Assembly (NCBI GenBank): GCA_965205505.1
Contig: CBDBHB010000009.1
Span: forward strand, 2,848,001 to 2,912,000
Source of the DNA: Acidobacteriota bacterium
GTDB taxonomy: Bacteria; Acidobacteriota; UBA890; WLXD01
Length of the DNA stretch: 64,000 bases
Direction of reading: 5' to 3'
Positions 47,393 to 57,622 of this stretch are shown here, piece after piece. The position numbers and the translations under genes are program-made. The notes beneath the pieces are model-generated. The model worked only from the letters and a program-made list of their open reading frames with translations, ran no database searches and was not told the origin of the DNA. Every line of letters begins with the position of its first letter. Within the stretch, counting starts at the first letter, position 1.

Positions 47393-48291
47393 AGGACGAT
47401 CTCCATCAGGTCGCTGGCGATGGTGGTTTCGGCGAAGACCGCAGTGGCTTCGGCGAGCAACGGCCTCGCATCGTGGTAACGCGCCGATACGTGGGTGAGC
47501 ACCAGGCGCTTGGCGCCGGCCTTCGTAGCCATCTCCGCTGCTTGCGCAGCGGTACAGTGCCCTCGCCCATGCGCTTCTTCTACGAGCTCACTACCGAATG
47601 TCGAGTCACAGAGGAACAAGGTGGAGTTGCGGGCTAGCTCCACAGCGGCGCGGCATGGTCGCGTATCGACACAATAGGTAACCCGCCTGCCGGGTCGCGG
47701 CGCTCCCAGCACCTGGTTCGGCATGATCACCCGGCCGTCGCCGAGCACGACGTTCTCCCCATCCTGAAGAGTTCCAAACAACGGACCCGGCTCCACTCCG
47801 AGCGCCGTCGCCGCCTTCACGTCGAAGCGTCCGGGCTTGTCGGACTCCACGAGAGCGAAGCCCAGCGTCGAGATCCCGTGGTCCAGGCTAGCCGATTCGA
47901 TACGGTGATTGGTGGCTTCGAGGAGCCGACCCCCCTCAGCCTCGACGATCTTCAGCGGGTAGCCTAGTCGGACTCCCTGGAACCGGCCGAGGGCCGCCCA
48001 GTAGTCGGCGATGCCTGGTGGTCCGAATAATCGTAGTGGTTCGGAGCGGTCATTCAGAGATAGCGTCTGCAGCAGTCCGACGAGGCCATTGAGGTGATCC
48101 CCGTGCAGGTGCGAGATGAAGATCCCTCGCAGGCGCCCGAAGCGCAGACTGGCGCGGCGCCATTGTAGCTGGGTGCCTTCGCCACAGTCGAACAGATAAA
48201 CATCCCCTTCGAACTGGACGGCGACCGCAGCGGGCTGCCGGTAAAGGGTGGGCAGCGACGCACCGCTCCCAAGAATCACGACGCGGAACAT
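47389..48291 (-). CDS. rnz: Ribonuclease Z
   Basis: FDCGEGTQ, SHLHGDH, GVEPGP exosite, DTRP, THVSARY. Confidence 0.93.
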   Translation of the reverse strand: MFRVVILGSGASLPTLYRQPAAVAVQFEGDVYLFDCGEGTQLQWRRASLRFGRLRGIFISHLHGDHLNGLVGLLQTLSLNDRSEPLRLFGPPGIADYWAALGRFQGVRLGYPLKIVEAEGGRLLEATNHRIESASLDHGISTLGFALVESDKPGRFDVKAATALGVEPGPLFGTLQDGENVVLGDGRVIMPNQVLGAPRPGRRVTYCVDTRPCRAAVELARNSTLFLCDSTFGSELVEEAHGRGHCTAAQAAEMATKAGAKRLVLTHVSARYHDARPLLAEATAVFAETTIASDLMEIVL

Positions 48292-48474
48292 GGGATCGGA
48301 TGGTATCCCAGCCCCATGACCGCCGCTAATGACGCGCCGAGCGAGCGGTCCCCGATCGGCGGATTCGGAGTAGCGCTTCGGTGCGCTGAGATACACTGGA
48401 CGGGCAGAGTGCTCCTGCAACCAGCGTGCACCTCACCGAGGTGCCGGTCATCCTCCTTGGCTGTCAAAGCTCAC

Positions 48475-49158
48475 GTGCGCCTGAGTGTCATCGTACCGGT
48501 TTGGAACGAGGAGGCGGTCCTACCCTCCCTGTTGGACCAACTCCGCAAGCAATGCGCCGAGCCCGGCTGCGAGCTAGTGTTCGTGGATGGCGGTAGCACC
48601 GACGGCACCAAGCGTCTGCTGCGTGAATCCGGTGTCGCCTGGATCGCCTCGGCGCGCGGTCGGGCCGCGCAAATGAATGCCGGTGCCGCCGTTACCGCCG
48701 GGGACGTACTTCTGTTTCTGCATGCGGATACGCGACTACCAGCGAGCTGGCGGGTCGTCGTTGTCCAGGCGATCGAGTCCGGCCACGTTGGTGGGTTCTT
48801 TCGCCTGCACCTCGCCTCGCCGCGTTGGATCTTGCGTGTCGTGGGGCACTTGATCACACTACGCAGTCGATTGACGGGCGTGGCAACCGGCGACCAAGGG
48901 CTCTTTGTCACCCGACAAGTATTCGAGTCCACCGGTGGTTTTGCACCCTTGCCGCTTTTCGAGGACGTCGAGTTTACGCAGCGTCTGAAGCGGTTCGGTA
49001 GCTTGGCGCCCGTGGAGGCTACCGTGGTGACGTCGGCGCGGCGGTGGGACCAGCTGGGGCCCTGGCGCACGATCGTGCGTATGTGGGTACTCCGCGCGAT
49101 GTACGCGTTAGGAATGCAGCCCGATCGCCTGGCGCGCTACTACGGGATCGCCAGATGA
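48475..49158 (+). CDS. GT2 glycosyltransferase (TIGR04283-like)
   Basis: SVIVPV.NEE, VDGGS.DGT, GRA.QMNAGA, FLHADT, GDQGLF, EDVE, TSARRW. Confidence 0.85.
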   Translation: MRLSVIVPVWNEEAVLPSLLDQLRKQCAEPGCELVFVDGGSTDGTKRLLRESGVAWIASARGRAAQMNAGAAVTAGDVLLFLHADTRLPASWRVVVVQAIESGHVGGFFRLHLASPRWILRVVGHLITLRSRLTGVATGDQGLFVTRQVFESTGGFAPLPLFEDVEFTQRLKRFGSLAPVEATVVTSARRWDQLGPWRTIVRMWVLRAMYALGMQPDRLARYYGIAR

Positions 49159-51530
49159 GCACGCTGGCACACGAGGCTCCGGCCAGCGGTTTCAGCCGCG
49201 CGGCAGCTCGGTTCAGGCCGGCGTTCATCCTGTGGCGGCACGTTATCCAGGAGATGATCGCCCCCACGCTGCTTGGCTTCGGAGTGTTTACGTTCCTCAT
49301 GCTGATGCGTTTCCTGTTGCGCATCTCGCAGATCTGGATTCAGTACGGTGCCGAGCTGGCGACGGTGCTGTGGGCGATCGTCTACAGCCTGCCGTTCATC
49401 GTTGTGCTGACCCTTCCGATGGGCCTGCTCGTCGGCGGTCTGATCGCGTTCGGTCGCATGTCGTCGGATTTCGAGATCGTGGCGCTGAGGGCTTCGGGGG
49501 TCAGCCTTCTGCATCTGATGCCTCCGGTGTTGATTCTGGCCGGCATCGCTTGGGCGGTGACCAGCTACGTCTTCATGGTGTCGCTTCCGTGGGGCAATAC
49601 GAGCTTGCGGGAGATGAACTGGGAAACGATCACCAAGCGCGCTTTCTCCGGCGAGATCAAGCCACGCGTGTTCATCGAGGACTTCCCCGGGCTGGTGCTG
49701 TACATCGAGGACATCGTCGACGACGGCCGCGAGTGGCGTGGAGTTTTCGCGGCGCGGACCGACAACGACCCGCCGAACATCGTGCGTGCCGAGCGCGGCT
49801 TCCTCCGTATCGACGACGATACGCGTAAGACCTATCTGCTACTCGAGAACGGCACCCTGATCGGGTCGGCCGAGGATCCGCTCGAAGCCACGGTGACACG
49901 CTTCGACCGTCAGACGATGTTGATCTACTCCGAGGAAGAGGATGGGTCGGTACTGGGGCAGCTTGGCAAGGACGGGCGTTCGATGACGTTGACCGAACTG
50001 CGACGGACCATAACGGACCGTCAGCAAGTCGGCGATCCTGCCTACGACCTGCAGGTCGAAGTTCACAAGAAATACGCCTTTCCGTTTGCCTGCATCATCA
50101 TGGGTCTCATCTCACTGCCGCTCGGCATATCGACCCAGCGACAGACCACGGCGGCCGGTTTTGGCATCGGCACAGCGGTGATCGTCGTCTACTACTTCTT
50201 CCTCCAGAACGGCGAGCAGCAGGGCGATGTGGGCAACATCCAGCCGTGGTTGGGAATGTGGGCCGGCAACTTGATCATGGGTACGGTCGCGCTAGTGTTG
50301 TTGTGGAAGAAGAGTCGCGAGGTCGACTTCGGCATCGTTCGCGGAGTGCAACCGTTGCTCGAGCGCCGCAGCGCCCTGGTACATCGCCTCCGCCGCCTGC
50401 TCCGCCGGCCGGCACGGCGCGCCGGACGTCGCCGCGGTGCCAGTTTTCCACGACTCCTCGATCGTTACGTGCTGCGTAGCTACGCTGCCATCTGGATGCT
50501 TACGTTCGCCGCCTTCGTGACGATCTTTGCTACCACGACATGGATCGACAAGGCCTCGTATGTGGCCCATCCGGAGATGATCCCCACGTACATGAAGTTC
50601 CAGATCTGGGAGATCGTCTTCAATGTTCTGCCCATGTCGGCAGTGGTCACGGTGCTCGCCACCTTCAGCCTTATGGCCAAGCGCAACGAGGTGGTGGCGG
50701 CGCTCGCAGGCGGTGTCAGCCTTTATCGGCTGATGTTGCCGATCCTGCTGCCGGCAGTGGCGCTGACTGCTGCCCAGTACGGCGTGCAGGACTACGTACT
50801 ACCTACTGCAGCTCAGCAGGCGGCCATTGTCGAGGAGCAGATGCACCCCACCGGCGCCGTCAGCTTGCAGCGCGATCAGACCTGGGTCTTTTCCGAGGGT
50901 GGTCGGGTCTTCCACTTCGCCGAGTACGTGGCCGAGCCACCGCAGCTCCTCGGACTGCGGGTCTATTACCTCAACGACGGCACAGGCGGAATTGCGCGGA
51001 TGGAGTTCGCCGAGCGCGCTGAGTTCACCAATGACCGCTGGGAAGGCCACGATGGCTGGCGACGCTACTTCATCGCCGAAGACCAGTCCGCCAGACTGTC
51101 GCCTACCGAACTCGAAGAGTTCCGCTTCTCCGTATTGCCAATCGAGCTCACCCCGTCCTACTTCGGAGAGAGTCCTCTCCAGCCCGAGCAGATGTCGACG
51201 CTCGAGCTGCAACAGCACGTCGAGCTGTTACAGCAGCGGGGTTACGAAACACATCGAGCTCTCGTCGACCTGAACATGAAGGCCGCTACCCCGGCGATCG
51301 TTTTCGTGATGACCGTCGTCGGCATACCGTTCGCCTTCCGGATGGGCAGACAGGGCGCTCTCACCGGCGTTGGGATCGCCATCGGCCTGGTGGCCGTCTA
51401 CTGGATCGCCTTCGGAGTGTTTCGTGCCCTTGGCTATGCCGGCCAGCTGCCGCCCGGGTTGGCAGCCTGGGCGCCGCATTTGTTGTTCCTGTCGCTCGGC
51501 GGTTACCAGGCGCTCGGAGTCCGCACCTAA
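49155..51530 (+). CDS. Fused LPS export permease LptF-LptG
   Basis: two tandem YjgP/YjgQ domains (SDFEIVALRASG; KRNEVVAALAGG). Confidence 0.88.
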   Translation: MSTLAHEAPASGFSRAAARFRPAFILWRHVIQEMIAPTLLGFGVFTFLMLMRFLLRISQIWIQYGAELATVLWAIVYSLPFIVVLTLPMGLLVGGLIAFGRMSSDFEIVALRASGVSLLHLMPPVLILAGIAWAVTSYVFMVSLPWGNTSLREMNWETITKRAFSGEIKPRVFIEDFPGLVLYIEDIVDDGREWRGVFAARTDNDPPNIVRAERGFLRIDDDTRKTYLLLENGTLIGSAEDPLEATVTRFDRQTMLIYSEEEDGSVLGQLGKDGRSMTLTELRRTITDRQQVGDPAYDLQVEVHKKYAFPFACIIMGLISLPLGISTQRQTTAAGFGIGTAVIVVYYFFLQNGEQQGDVGNIQPWLGMWAGNLIMGTVALVLLWKKSREVDFGIVRGVQPLLERRSALVHRLRRLLRRPARRAGRRRGASFPRLLDRYVLRSYAAIWMLTFAAFVTIFATTTWIDKASYVAHPEMIPTYMKFQIWEIVFNVLPMSAVVTVLATFSLMAKRNEVVAALAGGVSLYRLMLPILLPAVALTAAQYGVQDYVLPTAAQQAAIVEEQMHPTGAVSLQRDQTWVFSEGGRVFHFAEYVAEPPQLLGLRVYYLNDGTGGIARMEFAERAEFTNDRWEGHDGWRRYFIAEDQSARLSPTELEEFRFSVLPIELTPSYFGESPLQPEQMSTLELQQHVELLQQRGYETHRALVDLNMKAATPAIVFVMTVVGIPFAFRMGRQGALTGVGIAIGLVAVYWIAFGVFRALGYAGQLPPGLAAWAPHLLFLSLGGYQALGVRT

Positions 51531-51532
51531 GC

Positions 51533-51575
51533 AGGCCACTAGTGTCCTGAGCTCTGCTCTGTTACCGGCCACTAG
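51533..51575. repeat. Cluster of MITE ends / candidate IS target sites between lptFG and metK
   Basis: AGGCCACTAG, CTAGTGTCCT and ctgttaccggccactag within 43 bp. Confidence 0.65.
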
Positions 51576-51587
51576 CGAGAGAACGCC

Positions 51588-52742
51588 TCAGTCCGCCGCC
51601 AGGCCCAGCAGCGAGCGCACGTCACCCGCGAGTGCCGTCGACTCCCAAGGAAACTCATCGCGACCGAAGTGGCCGTAGGCTGCTGTCGCAAGATAGACGG
51701 GGCGGCGCAGGTCGAGGTGTTCGATCATGCCCTTCGGGGTCAACGGGAAGATCGCTCGAATGGCTTCGATGATGCGTGCCTCAGGCACCCGCGCGGTGTT
51801 GCGTGTCTGGACCATGATCGAGATCGGGTCGGCCACGCCGATCGCATATGCGAGCTGTAGCTCGATGCGCTCCGCCGCTCCCGCTGCTACCAGATTCTTG
51901 GCGATATAGCGCGCCATGTATGAGGCGGTGCGGTCGACCTTCGTGCAGTCTTTGCCCGAGAACGCCCCGCCCCCGTGGCTGCCGACGCCGCCATAGGTGT
52001 CGACGATGATCTTGCGTCCGGTAAGGCCGCAGTCACCCTGCGGGCCGCCGGTCACGAACCGGCCGGTCGGATTGATGTGATAGACGGTCTTGTCGTCGCG
52101 CCACTCATCCGAAACTACCGGGTAGATCACCTTCTCCAGGATGTCGTCGCGTATGACGCTCGTTTTCACGTCTGCGGCGTGTTGCGTCGAGATCACCACG
52201 GTGTCAACGCGCGCTGGACGGCCGTCCACATATTCGACGGTAACCTGAGACTTGCCGTCGGGCCGTAGGTAGTCCAAGACTCCGTCCTTGCGAACTTCGG
52301 CAAGCCGGCGGCATAGCTTGTGTGCCAACGTGATTGGCATCGGCATGAGCTCGGCGGTCTCGGTGGAGGCATAGCCGAACATCAGACCCTGATCACCCGC
52401 TCCGCCAGGGTCGACGCCCATCGCGATGTCAGGTGACTGTTCATCGATGCACGTAATGACCCCGCAGGTCGCGTAGTCGAAACCGTACTCTGCGTTCGTG
52501 TAGCCGATGTCGCGGATCGTCTGGCGCACGATGCGCGGGATCTCGATGTACGAGCTGGTCGTGATCTCGCCGGCGACAATCGCCAGTCCGGTGGTCACCA
52601 TCGTTTCGCAGGCGACTCGCCCTGTGGGATCGTTGCCCATGATCTCGTCGAGAACAGCGTCGGAGATCTGGTCGGCGATCTTGTCCGGATGACCCTCGGT
52701 CACCGACTCCGAGGTAAGGAGATAGTGTCGTTTTGCTTCCAT
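51588..52742 (-). CDS. metK: S-adenosylmethionine synthetase
   Basis: [31 protein letters not shown]. Confidence 0.97.
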   Translation of the reverse strand: MEAKRHYLLTSESVTEGHPDKIADQISDAVLDEIMGNDPTGRVACETMVTTGLAIVAGEITTSSYIEIPRIVRQTIRDIGYTNAEYGFDYATCGVITCIDEQSPDIAMGVDPGGAGDQGLMFGYASTETAELMPMPITLAHKLCRRLAEVRKDGVLDYLRPDGKSQVTVEYVDGRPARVDTVVISTQHAADVKTSVIRDDILEKVIYPVVSDEWRDDKTVYHINPTGRFVTGGPQGDCGLTGRKIIVDTYGGVGSHGGGAFSGKDCTKVDRTASYMARYIAKNLVAAGAAERIELQLAYAIGVADPISIMVQTRNTARVPEARIIEAIRAIFPLTPKGMIEHLDLRRPVYLATAAYGHFGRDEFPWESTALAGDVRSLLGLAAD

Positions 52743-52902
52743 TGGATCCCTCTAATCGTTGCCGCAGAGCCGGCGTCGAGAGCGGTTCGCGTGTGCGCGG
52801 GGCGCGGCGTCGAAAGCGGAATCGGAATCGGCCGCGCTGAACATACCGCGCGAGGGCGAGTCGCCAGCCGTCAAGAAGAGTTGCAGAAACCGACGCACGC
52901 TA

Positions 52903-54204
52903 TCATGGGCCTCTCAGACGGTCAATTTCAGCACGCTGTTGTGAGTGGGCCTCGATGAGGCGCCGCGCCAGGCGCTCCTCGCCCGACCTGTCAAGAACCT
53001 CCTCGTTGATGCGCGCCACGCGCAGGGCGCGCAAGATCTCCCCAACCGCGGGCCCTTCCGGACAGCCCATGTCCTGCAACCCTGTCCCGTCGAGCGTCGC
53101 GGTCACGTCGCGATCATGGTCCAGATACCGGCGGATGGCGCCGCCGAGTTCACCGTCGACCCCCGCGCTGGTTGCGATCACAACGCGAAGGCTCTCTGGA
53201 GCGAGTTGGTCGAGTACGGTGGCGCGCTCGCCAGGACTATGGAACTTCGCCAGCGCCGCGCGGGCTCGTACCCAGGCCGCCCCGGAATCCATCAGAGCCT
53301 GCCTCCCCGACCGTGACAACCTCAATCGGCGTACCAGGTCGCATCTTTGCTGCGGCTTCAGCTCGGTCGCCGTAGCCGCCAGCACCAGCGACCAGGGCTC
53401 TGCCTGGCCTTCTGCAGGCGCCCGCTCCAGTTCGGCCGACAACGCTTCGAGCGCGTCACGACGGGCCTCCAGGTCCGGCTGGATGGGCTCCAGGAGGCCG
53501 GCTTCTGCCAGCGCCAGTGGACCCTCTACCGGTGCCTCGGTGTAGAGTTTGCGCAGCTCGCGGCGCAAACGGTCACCTGAGATCGAGTCGAGGTAGCCGC
53601 CGCGAACGCCCTCGGCGAGTGCCCTCGCCGTGTCGACCTCTAGCTGGTAGTGAAGTCGGAGCCGGAACCGGATGGCTCGCAGCATCCGCGTCGCATCATC
53701 GGCGAACGAACCGGCGTGCAGGATGCGCACGAGGCCGGCGTCGAGATCGGCGCCGCCTCCGAACTCGTCAATCAGCTCACCTGCCGCATCGGGGTCGAGC
53801 GACAATGCCATCGCATTGATCGAGAAATCGCGGCGCGCGAGATCCTCATGCAGCGTGCCCCCCTGTACTTGGGGTAGCTCCCCGGGGCTCGTGTAGCACT
53901 CGCGCCTGGCACTGGCGAAATCGACCGCGCGCCCGTCGTCAAGGTCGACGCGCGCGGTTCCGAAGCTGTGGTACCGGGTCAACTTTCCGCCGTCATGCCG
54001 CGATAGCGTCTGCGCGACGGCCATGCCGTCGCCAACGACCACAATGTCGATGTCCATTGAATCGCGGCCAAGCAGCAGGTCCCGAACGCGTCCACCCACC
54101 AGATAGGCTCGCTCGCCGCGCTCCGAAGCGAGATGACCACAAAGACTCAGCAGCTCACGCGTGGGCGCGTCGAGGCGCTCGAGCAAGCTGCCCGTGACGG
54201 TCAT
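52903..54204 (-). CDS. CCA-adding enzyme / poly(A) polymerase family nucleotidyltransferase
   Basis: LVGG.VRDLLL, DIDI, DLARRDFSINAMA, SFADD.TR.LRA.RF. Confidence 0.9.
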   Translation of the reverse strand: MTVTGSLLERLDAPTRELLSLCGHLASERGERAYLVGGRVRDLLLGRDSMDIDIVVVGDGMAVAQTLSRHDGGKLTRYHSFGTARVDLDDGRAVDFASARRECYTSPGELPQVQGGTLHEDLARRDFSINAMALSLDPDAAGELIDEFGGGADLDAGLVRILHAGSFADDATRMLRAIRFRLRLHYQLEVDTARALAEGVRGGYLDSISGDRLRRELRKLYTEAPVEGPLALAEAGLLEPIQPDLEARRDALEALSAELERAPAEGQAEPWSLVLAATATELKPQQRCDLVRRLRLSRSGRQALMDSGAAWVRARAALAKFHSPGERATVLDQLAPESLRVVIATSAGVDGELGGAIRRYLDHDRDVTATLDGTGLQDMGCPEGPAVGEILRALRVARINEEVLDRSGEERLARRLIEAHSQQRAEIDRLRGP

Positions 54205-55112
54205 CGCGCGCGCGGATGATGGCGGTCGTACACGCTCCGCAGCCGGCGTCGATTCACGTGCGTATAGACCTCGGTAGTGGAGATCCGCGCATGCCCGAGC
54301 ATTGCCTGCACCGCCCTCAGGTCGGCGTCTGCCTCGAGCAGGTGGGTGGCGAAGCTGTGACGCAGGACGTGTGGGCTGACCCGCTGCGAGGCGATCCCGG
54401 CCTGCACGGCATATCGCTTTAGCAGCTTGGCAAACCATTGGCGAGTTAGCGGGCGACCACGGCGGGTAAGGAAAACTGCGCCTTCGGCGGCAGTCTTTGC
54501 CGATCGCTCCCGGCCTCCTTCCAGGTAGCGATCAAGCCAGTGCGCGGCTTCGTCGCCGATGGGAACCAGGCGCTCCTTTCCGCCCTTTCCACGGCACCGC
54601 ACGATTCCCTCTTCCAGATCCAGGTCAACGATGCGCAAGCCCACGAGCTCCGACACTCGCAAGCCACAGCCGTACGCGACCTCGAGCATGGCGCGATCAC
54701 GTAGACCGTCGGGGATCTCCGTGTCTGGCTGCGCCATCAGCTGCTCGATTTGTTCCGGTTCGAGCGTACGCGGCAACGATCGTCGGCGCTCGCGTGCTCG
54801 TAGCAACTCGCTGGGGTCGCTGTCGATGCGCCCCGCCTCGACCAAGTGACGATAGAGGCCACGCAACGCCGACAGCTTGCGCGCCCGTGAGCGGGCGCTG
54901 ATGCCGCTGGTCTCCAGACTTCTGAGCCAATCGCGCAACGATCGCACGTCGACGCCGAGGGCACTGAGCTGTCGACTCCTGCACCACTTTTCGAATTGGG
55001 CCAGGTCCGAAGCGTACGCTTCGACGGTGCGCGCCGAACGGCCGCGCTCGACCCGAAGACGCTCCAGGTAGTCAAGCTCCCAGCCACCTAGCCCCGATCC
55101 GACGTCAGGCAT
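54201..55112 (-). CDS. xerD: Site-specific tyrosine recombinase XerD
   Basis: RDRAMLE..Y.CGLRVSEL, GKGGKER, SPH.LRHSFATHLL, LGHA.ISTTE.YTHV. Confidence 0.88.
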   Translation of the reverse strand: MPDVGSGLGGWELDYLERLRVERGRSARTVEAYASDLAQFEKWCRSRQLSALGVDVRSLRDWLRSLETSGISARSRARKLSALRGLYRHLVEAGRIDSDPSELLRARERRRSLPRTLEPEQIEQLMAQPDTEIPDGLRDRAMLEVAYGCGLRVSELVGLRIVDLDLEEGIVRCRGKGGKERLVPIGDEAAHWLDRYLEGGRERSAKTAAEGAVFLTRRGRPLTRQWFAKLLKRYAVQAGIASQRVSPHVLRHSFATHLLEADADLRAVQAMLGHARISTTEVYTHVNRRRLRSVYDRHHPRAR

Positions 55113-55590
55113 TGTCGCGATCCGCCAGCCGCTCGCTGGCGCGCCGTTGCTGATGCGAATCAAGCAGGAGGGTTACCGGTCCGTCGTTTACCGAGTGGAC
55201 CTGCATCTGGGCGCCGAAGATCCCGGTTTGAACCTCAAGCCGGTCTTTTCGTAGGCGCTCGGCCAACTTGATGATAAGCGCCTCTGCCGTGTCTGGCGGC
55301 AGTGCTCGGCTGAACGATGGACGGCGGCCCTTGCGCGTGTCGGCAGCGAGGGTGAACTGTGAGACCAGGAGCACCGAGCCATCGACGTCGTGCAGCGAGA
55401 GGTTCATGCGTCCTTGTGCGTCGGGAAACACGCGCAGGGTAGCGAGACGCCGCGCCAGATACTCAACATCTCGTTCGCTGTCGCCGCGAACCGCGCCCAC
55501 GAGCACCAAGAGCCCGGGACCGATGCGGCCGACCTCTTGCGCCTCGGCAATCACGTGTGCGGAGCGTACACGCTGCACGACGGAGATCAC
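55105..55590 (-). CDS. dtd: D-aminoacyl-tRNA deacylase
   Basis: VQRV, SQFTL, KGRRPSF, NDGPVT. Confidence 0.95.
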   Translation of the reverse strand: MISVVQRVRSAHVIAEAQEVGRIGPGLLVLVGAVRGDSERDVEYLARRLATLRVFPDAQGRMNLSLHDVDGSVLLVSQFTLAADTRKGRRPSFSRALPPDTAEALIIKLAERLRKDRLEVQTGIFGAQMQVHSVNDGPVTLLLDSHQQRRASERLADRDNA

Positions 55591-55620
55591 GAGTCGCTAG
55601 CGCCCAGGCCGAAACATGAG

Positions 55621-57279
55621 TTACTCCCCCCCGGAAGCCTCTCCTCGATTGTTGAGGGTATCAGGTACGCCGCCCCGAGTGACCGATCGAAGCTCCCGGA
55701 CCTCCGGTGCGCGGATGGCCGCCAGTGCGGCCAGGTACGTGAGGATACCGATGGCGATCACTGCCAGCAGCTTGCCGAGATCGAAGATGCCGCTGCCTGC
55801 GCCGTTGTGCCAGGCGACGTGTCGGAGCGCGTCCACAACCCAGCCCATGACCGCAGTGGCGGCCGCGATGCGCGCCAGGCTTGCTGCGAGACTCCACAGG
55901 CGCAACGCGCCGGCGCGGCGTCGAAACAGGATCAGAAGCAGCGCCGCGTTCACGGTTGCAGCGATCGAATTGGCGAGAGCGATTCCGGCGTTGCCGAGCG
56001 CAGAGCGCAATGCGAGGCAAGCGCCGATGTTCACCAGCATGGCGACGGCGGCCACCCGAACGGGCGTCGCGGTGTCGCGCAGCGCGAAGAACGCCGGGGC
56101 CACGACGCGCACGATGGCTACACCCACCAGACCGATGGCGTACCCCCACAGAGCCGCGGCGGTAAGCCGGGTCGAATCTACATCGAATTGGCCGCGCTGG
56201 TAGAGCACCTCTACGATCTCGTGGCGCAGCAGAATCATGCCCACCGCCGCCGGTATTGTCACGAGGCTGATTTGCCGCAGCGCGAACAACAGCGTGTCGC
56301 GAAGTGCCGCGAGGTCCTTAGTTGCTCCCTGGCGCGACATGAGGGGCAGCACCACCGTCGCTACCGAGATGGCGAAGACACCCAACGTCAGCTCGTTGAT
56401 GCGCGCCGCGTAGTCGAGCGACGCCACGGCTCCTTCACCGAGCTGACTCGCCAGCGTGCGCCCTACGATGATGTTGATCTGGATGATTCCGACGCCGAAC
56501 AGGCCCGGCACCATCAGGCGGCCGATCTCGCGTAGTGCAGGATCCCCCGTCGGGCGACGTGGCCGAATGCGCATACCCAGCCGGCGGGCGTAGGGAACCA
56601 GAAACACATACTGGGCTGCTCCACCCAGCACCGCAGCGCCGGCCACAACCCAGACCGCGCGGACAGGGTCGGTGATGCCGGCCCACCAGGCAGTCAGCCC
56701 CGCACCCACGATGCTGATGTTGAGGAGTACAGGAACGAACGCAGCCGCCGCGAAGCGGTCGCGAGAGTTGAGCACCGCCACCAGGACGGCAGCCATCGAG
56801 ATGAACACGAGATACGTGAATACGAATTGAGTCAGCTGGACGGTGAGCTCGATCTTGCCCGGGACGGCCGCGAAGCCCGACGCCAGCCAGCGCACCAGGA
56901 AAGGCGCGGCCAGGGCGCCGGCGAGGGCGAGGACGACCGCCGCGATGGCGACTGCAGTGTGAAACCGCTGCGCCAGCTCCCAGGTCCTGGTCTCGTCGCG
57001 CTGACGCCCCAGGCGGGTGAATATGGGCACGAACGCAGCCGAGATGTTCCCTTCGCCCACGAGGCGTCGTAGCGAATTGGGCAGCATGAAGGCGATTGCC
57101 CAAGCATCGGCGGCGCTTCCCGTTCCGAGCAATGCGGTGATTACCGCCATGCGCAGCAGACCGAATACTCGCGACAGCAACGTCAGGCCGCCGACAGCTC
57201 CTGCGGACCGCAAGAGACGGTTGGTTTCCAAGGCGCCAGAGGGTGTTTGACCGTCGGCGTCCGGCGGCCTAACCTTCAT
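55621..57279 (-). CDS. murJ: Lipid II flippase MurJ
   Basis: SRVFGLLR, PN.LRRLVGEG, FFALRDT.TP; many TM helices. Confidence 0.93.
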   Translation of the reverse strand: MKVRPPDADGQTPSGALETNRLLRSAGAVGGLTLLSRVFGLLRMAVITALLGTGSAADAWAIAFMLPNSLRRLVGEGNISAAFVPIFTRLGRQRDETRTWELAQRFHTAVAIAAVVLALAGALAAPFLVRWLASGFAAVPGKIELTVQLTQFVFTYLVFISMAAVLVAVLNSRDRFAAAAFVPVLLNISIVGAGLTAWWAGITDPVRAVWVVAGAAVLGGAAQYVFLVPYARRLGMRIRPRRPTGDPALREIGRLMVPGLFGVGIIQINIIVGRTLASQLGEGAVASLDYAARINELTLGVFAISVATVVLPLMSRQGATKDLAALRDTLLFALRQISLVTIPAAVGMILLRHEIVEVLYQRGQFDVDSTRLTAAALWGYAIGLVGVAIVRVVAPAFFALRDTATPVRVAAVAMLVNIGACLALRSALGNAGIALANSIAATVNAALLLILFRRRAGALRLWSLAASLARIAAATAVMGWVVDALRHVAWHNGAGSGIFDLGKLLAVIAIGILTYLAALAAIRAPEVRELRSVTRGGVPDTLNNRGEASGGE

Positions 57280-57313
57280 GTCTCACGCGGCCGATCAAGG
57301 AGTTTTTCTGAAT

Positions 57314-57580
57314 ATGCCGAACAACGCATCTGCCAAGAAGCGCATGCGCCAAAACGAGGTCCGGAGGGGTCGCAACCGGGCACGTCGGTCACGCCTGCGC
57401 TCCGCGCTTCGCCTGCTCGACGAGGCCATCGAAGCGGGCGACCTCGAGCGCGTACGCGAACGCTGGACCGAGACCCAAACGCTGCTCGATCGAACCGCCC
57501 AACGCGGGGTCATTCATCGCAACCTCGCAGCGCGAAAAAAGTCGCGCCTGGCCCGAAGAATTCGGGCGATCGGTACATAG
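57314..57580 (+). CDS. rpsT: 30S ribosomal protein S20
   Basis: SAKKRMRQ, GVIHRN.AARKKSRL. Confidence 0.95.
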   Translation: MPNNASAKKRMRQNEVRRGRNRARRSRLRSALRLLDEAIEAGDLERVRERWTETQTLLDRTAQRGVIHRNLAARKKSRLARRIRAIGT

Positions 57581-57622
57581 GGCGATAGCGATAACTGGCG
57601 TCGGCGCCTTCACCACGGCCTG

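Noticed and set aside
52743-52902. SAM riboswitch upstream of metK
   Set aside because: No recognisable SAM-I or SAM-II core motifs.
54201-55112. Prophage or ICE integrase
   Set aside because: XerD-type motifs within a housekeeping operon (murJ-dtd-xerD-cca); no phage genes or att sites seen.
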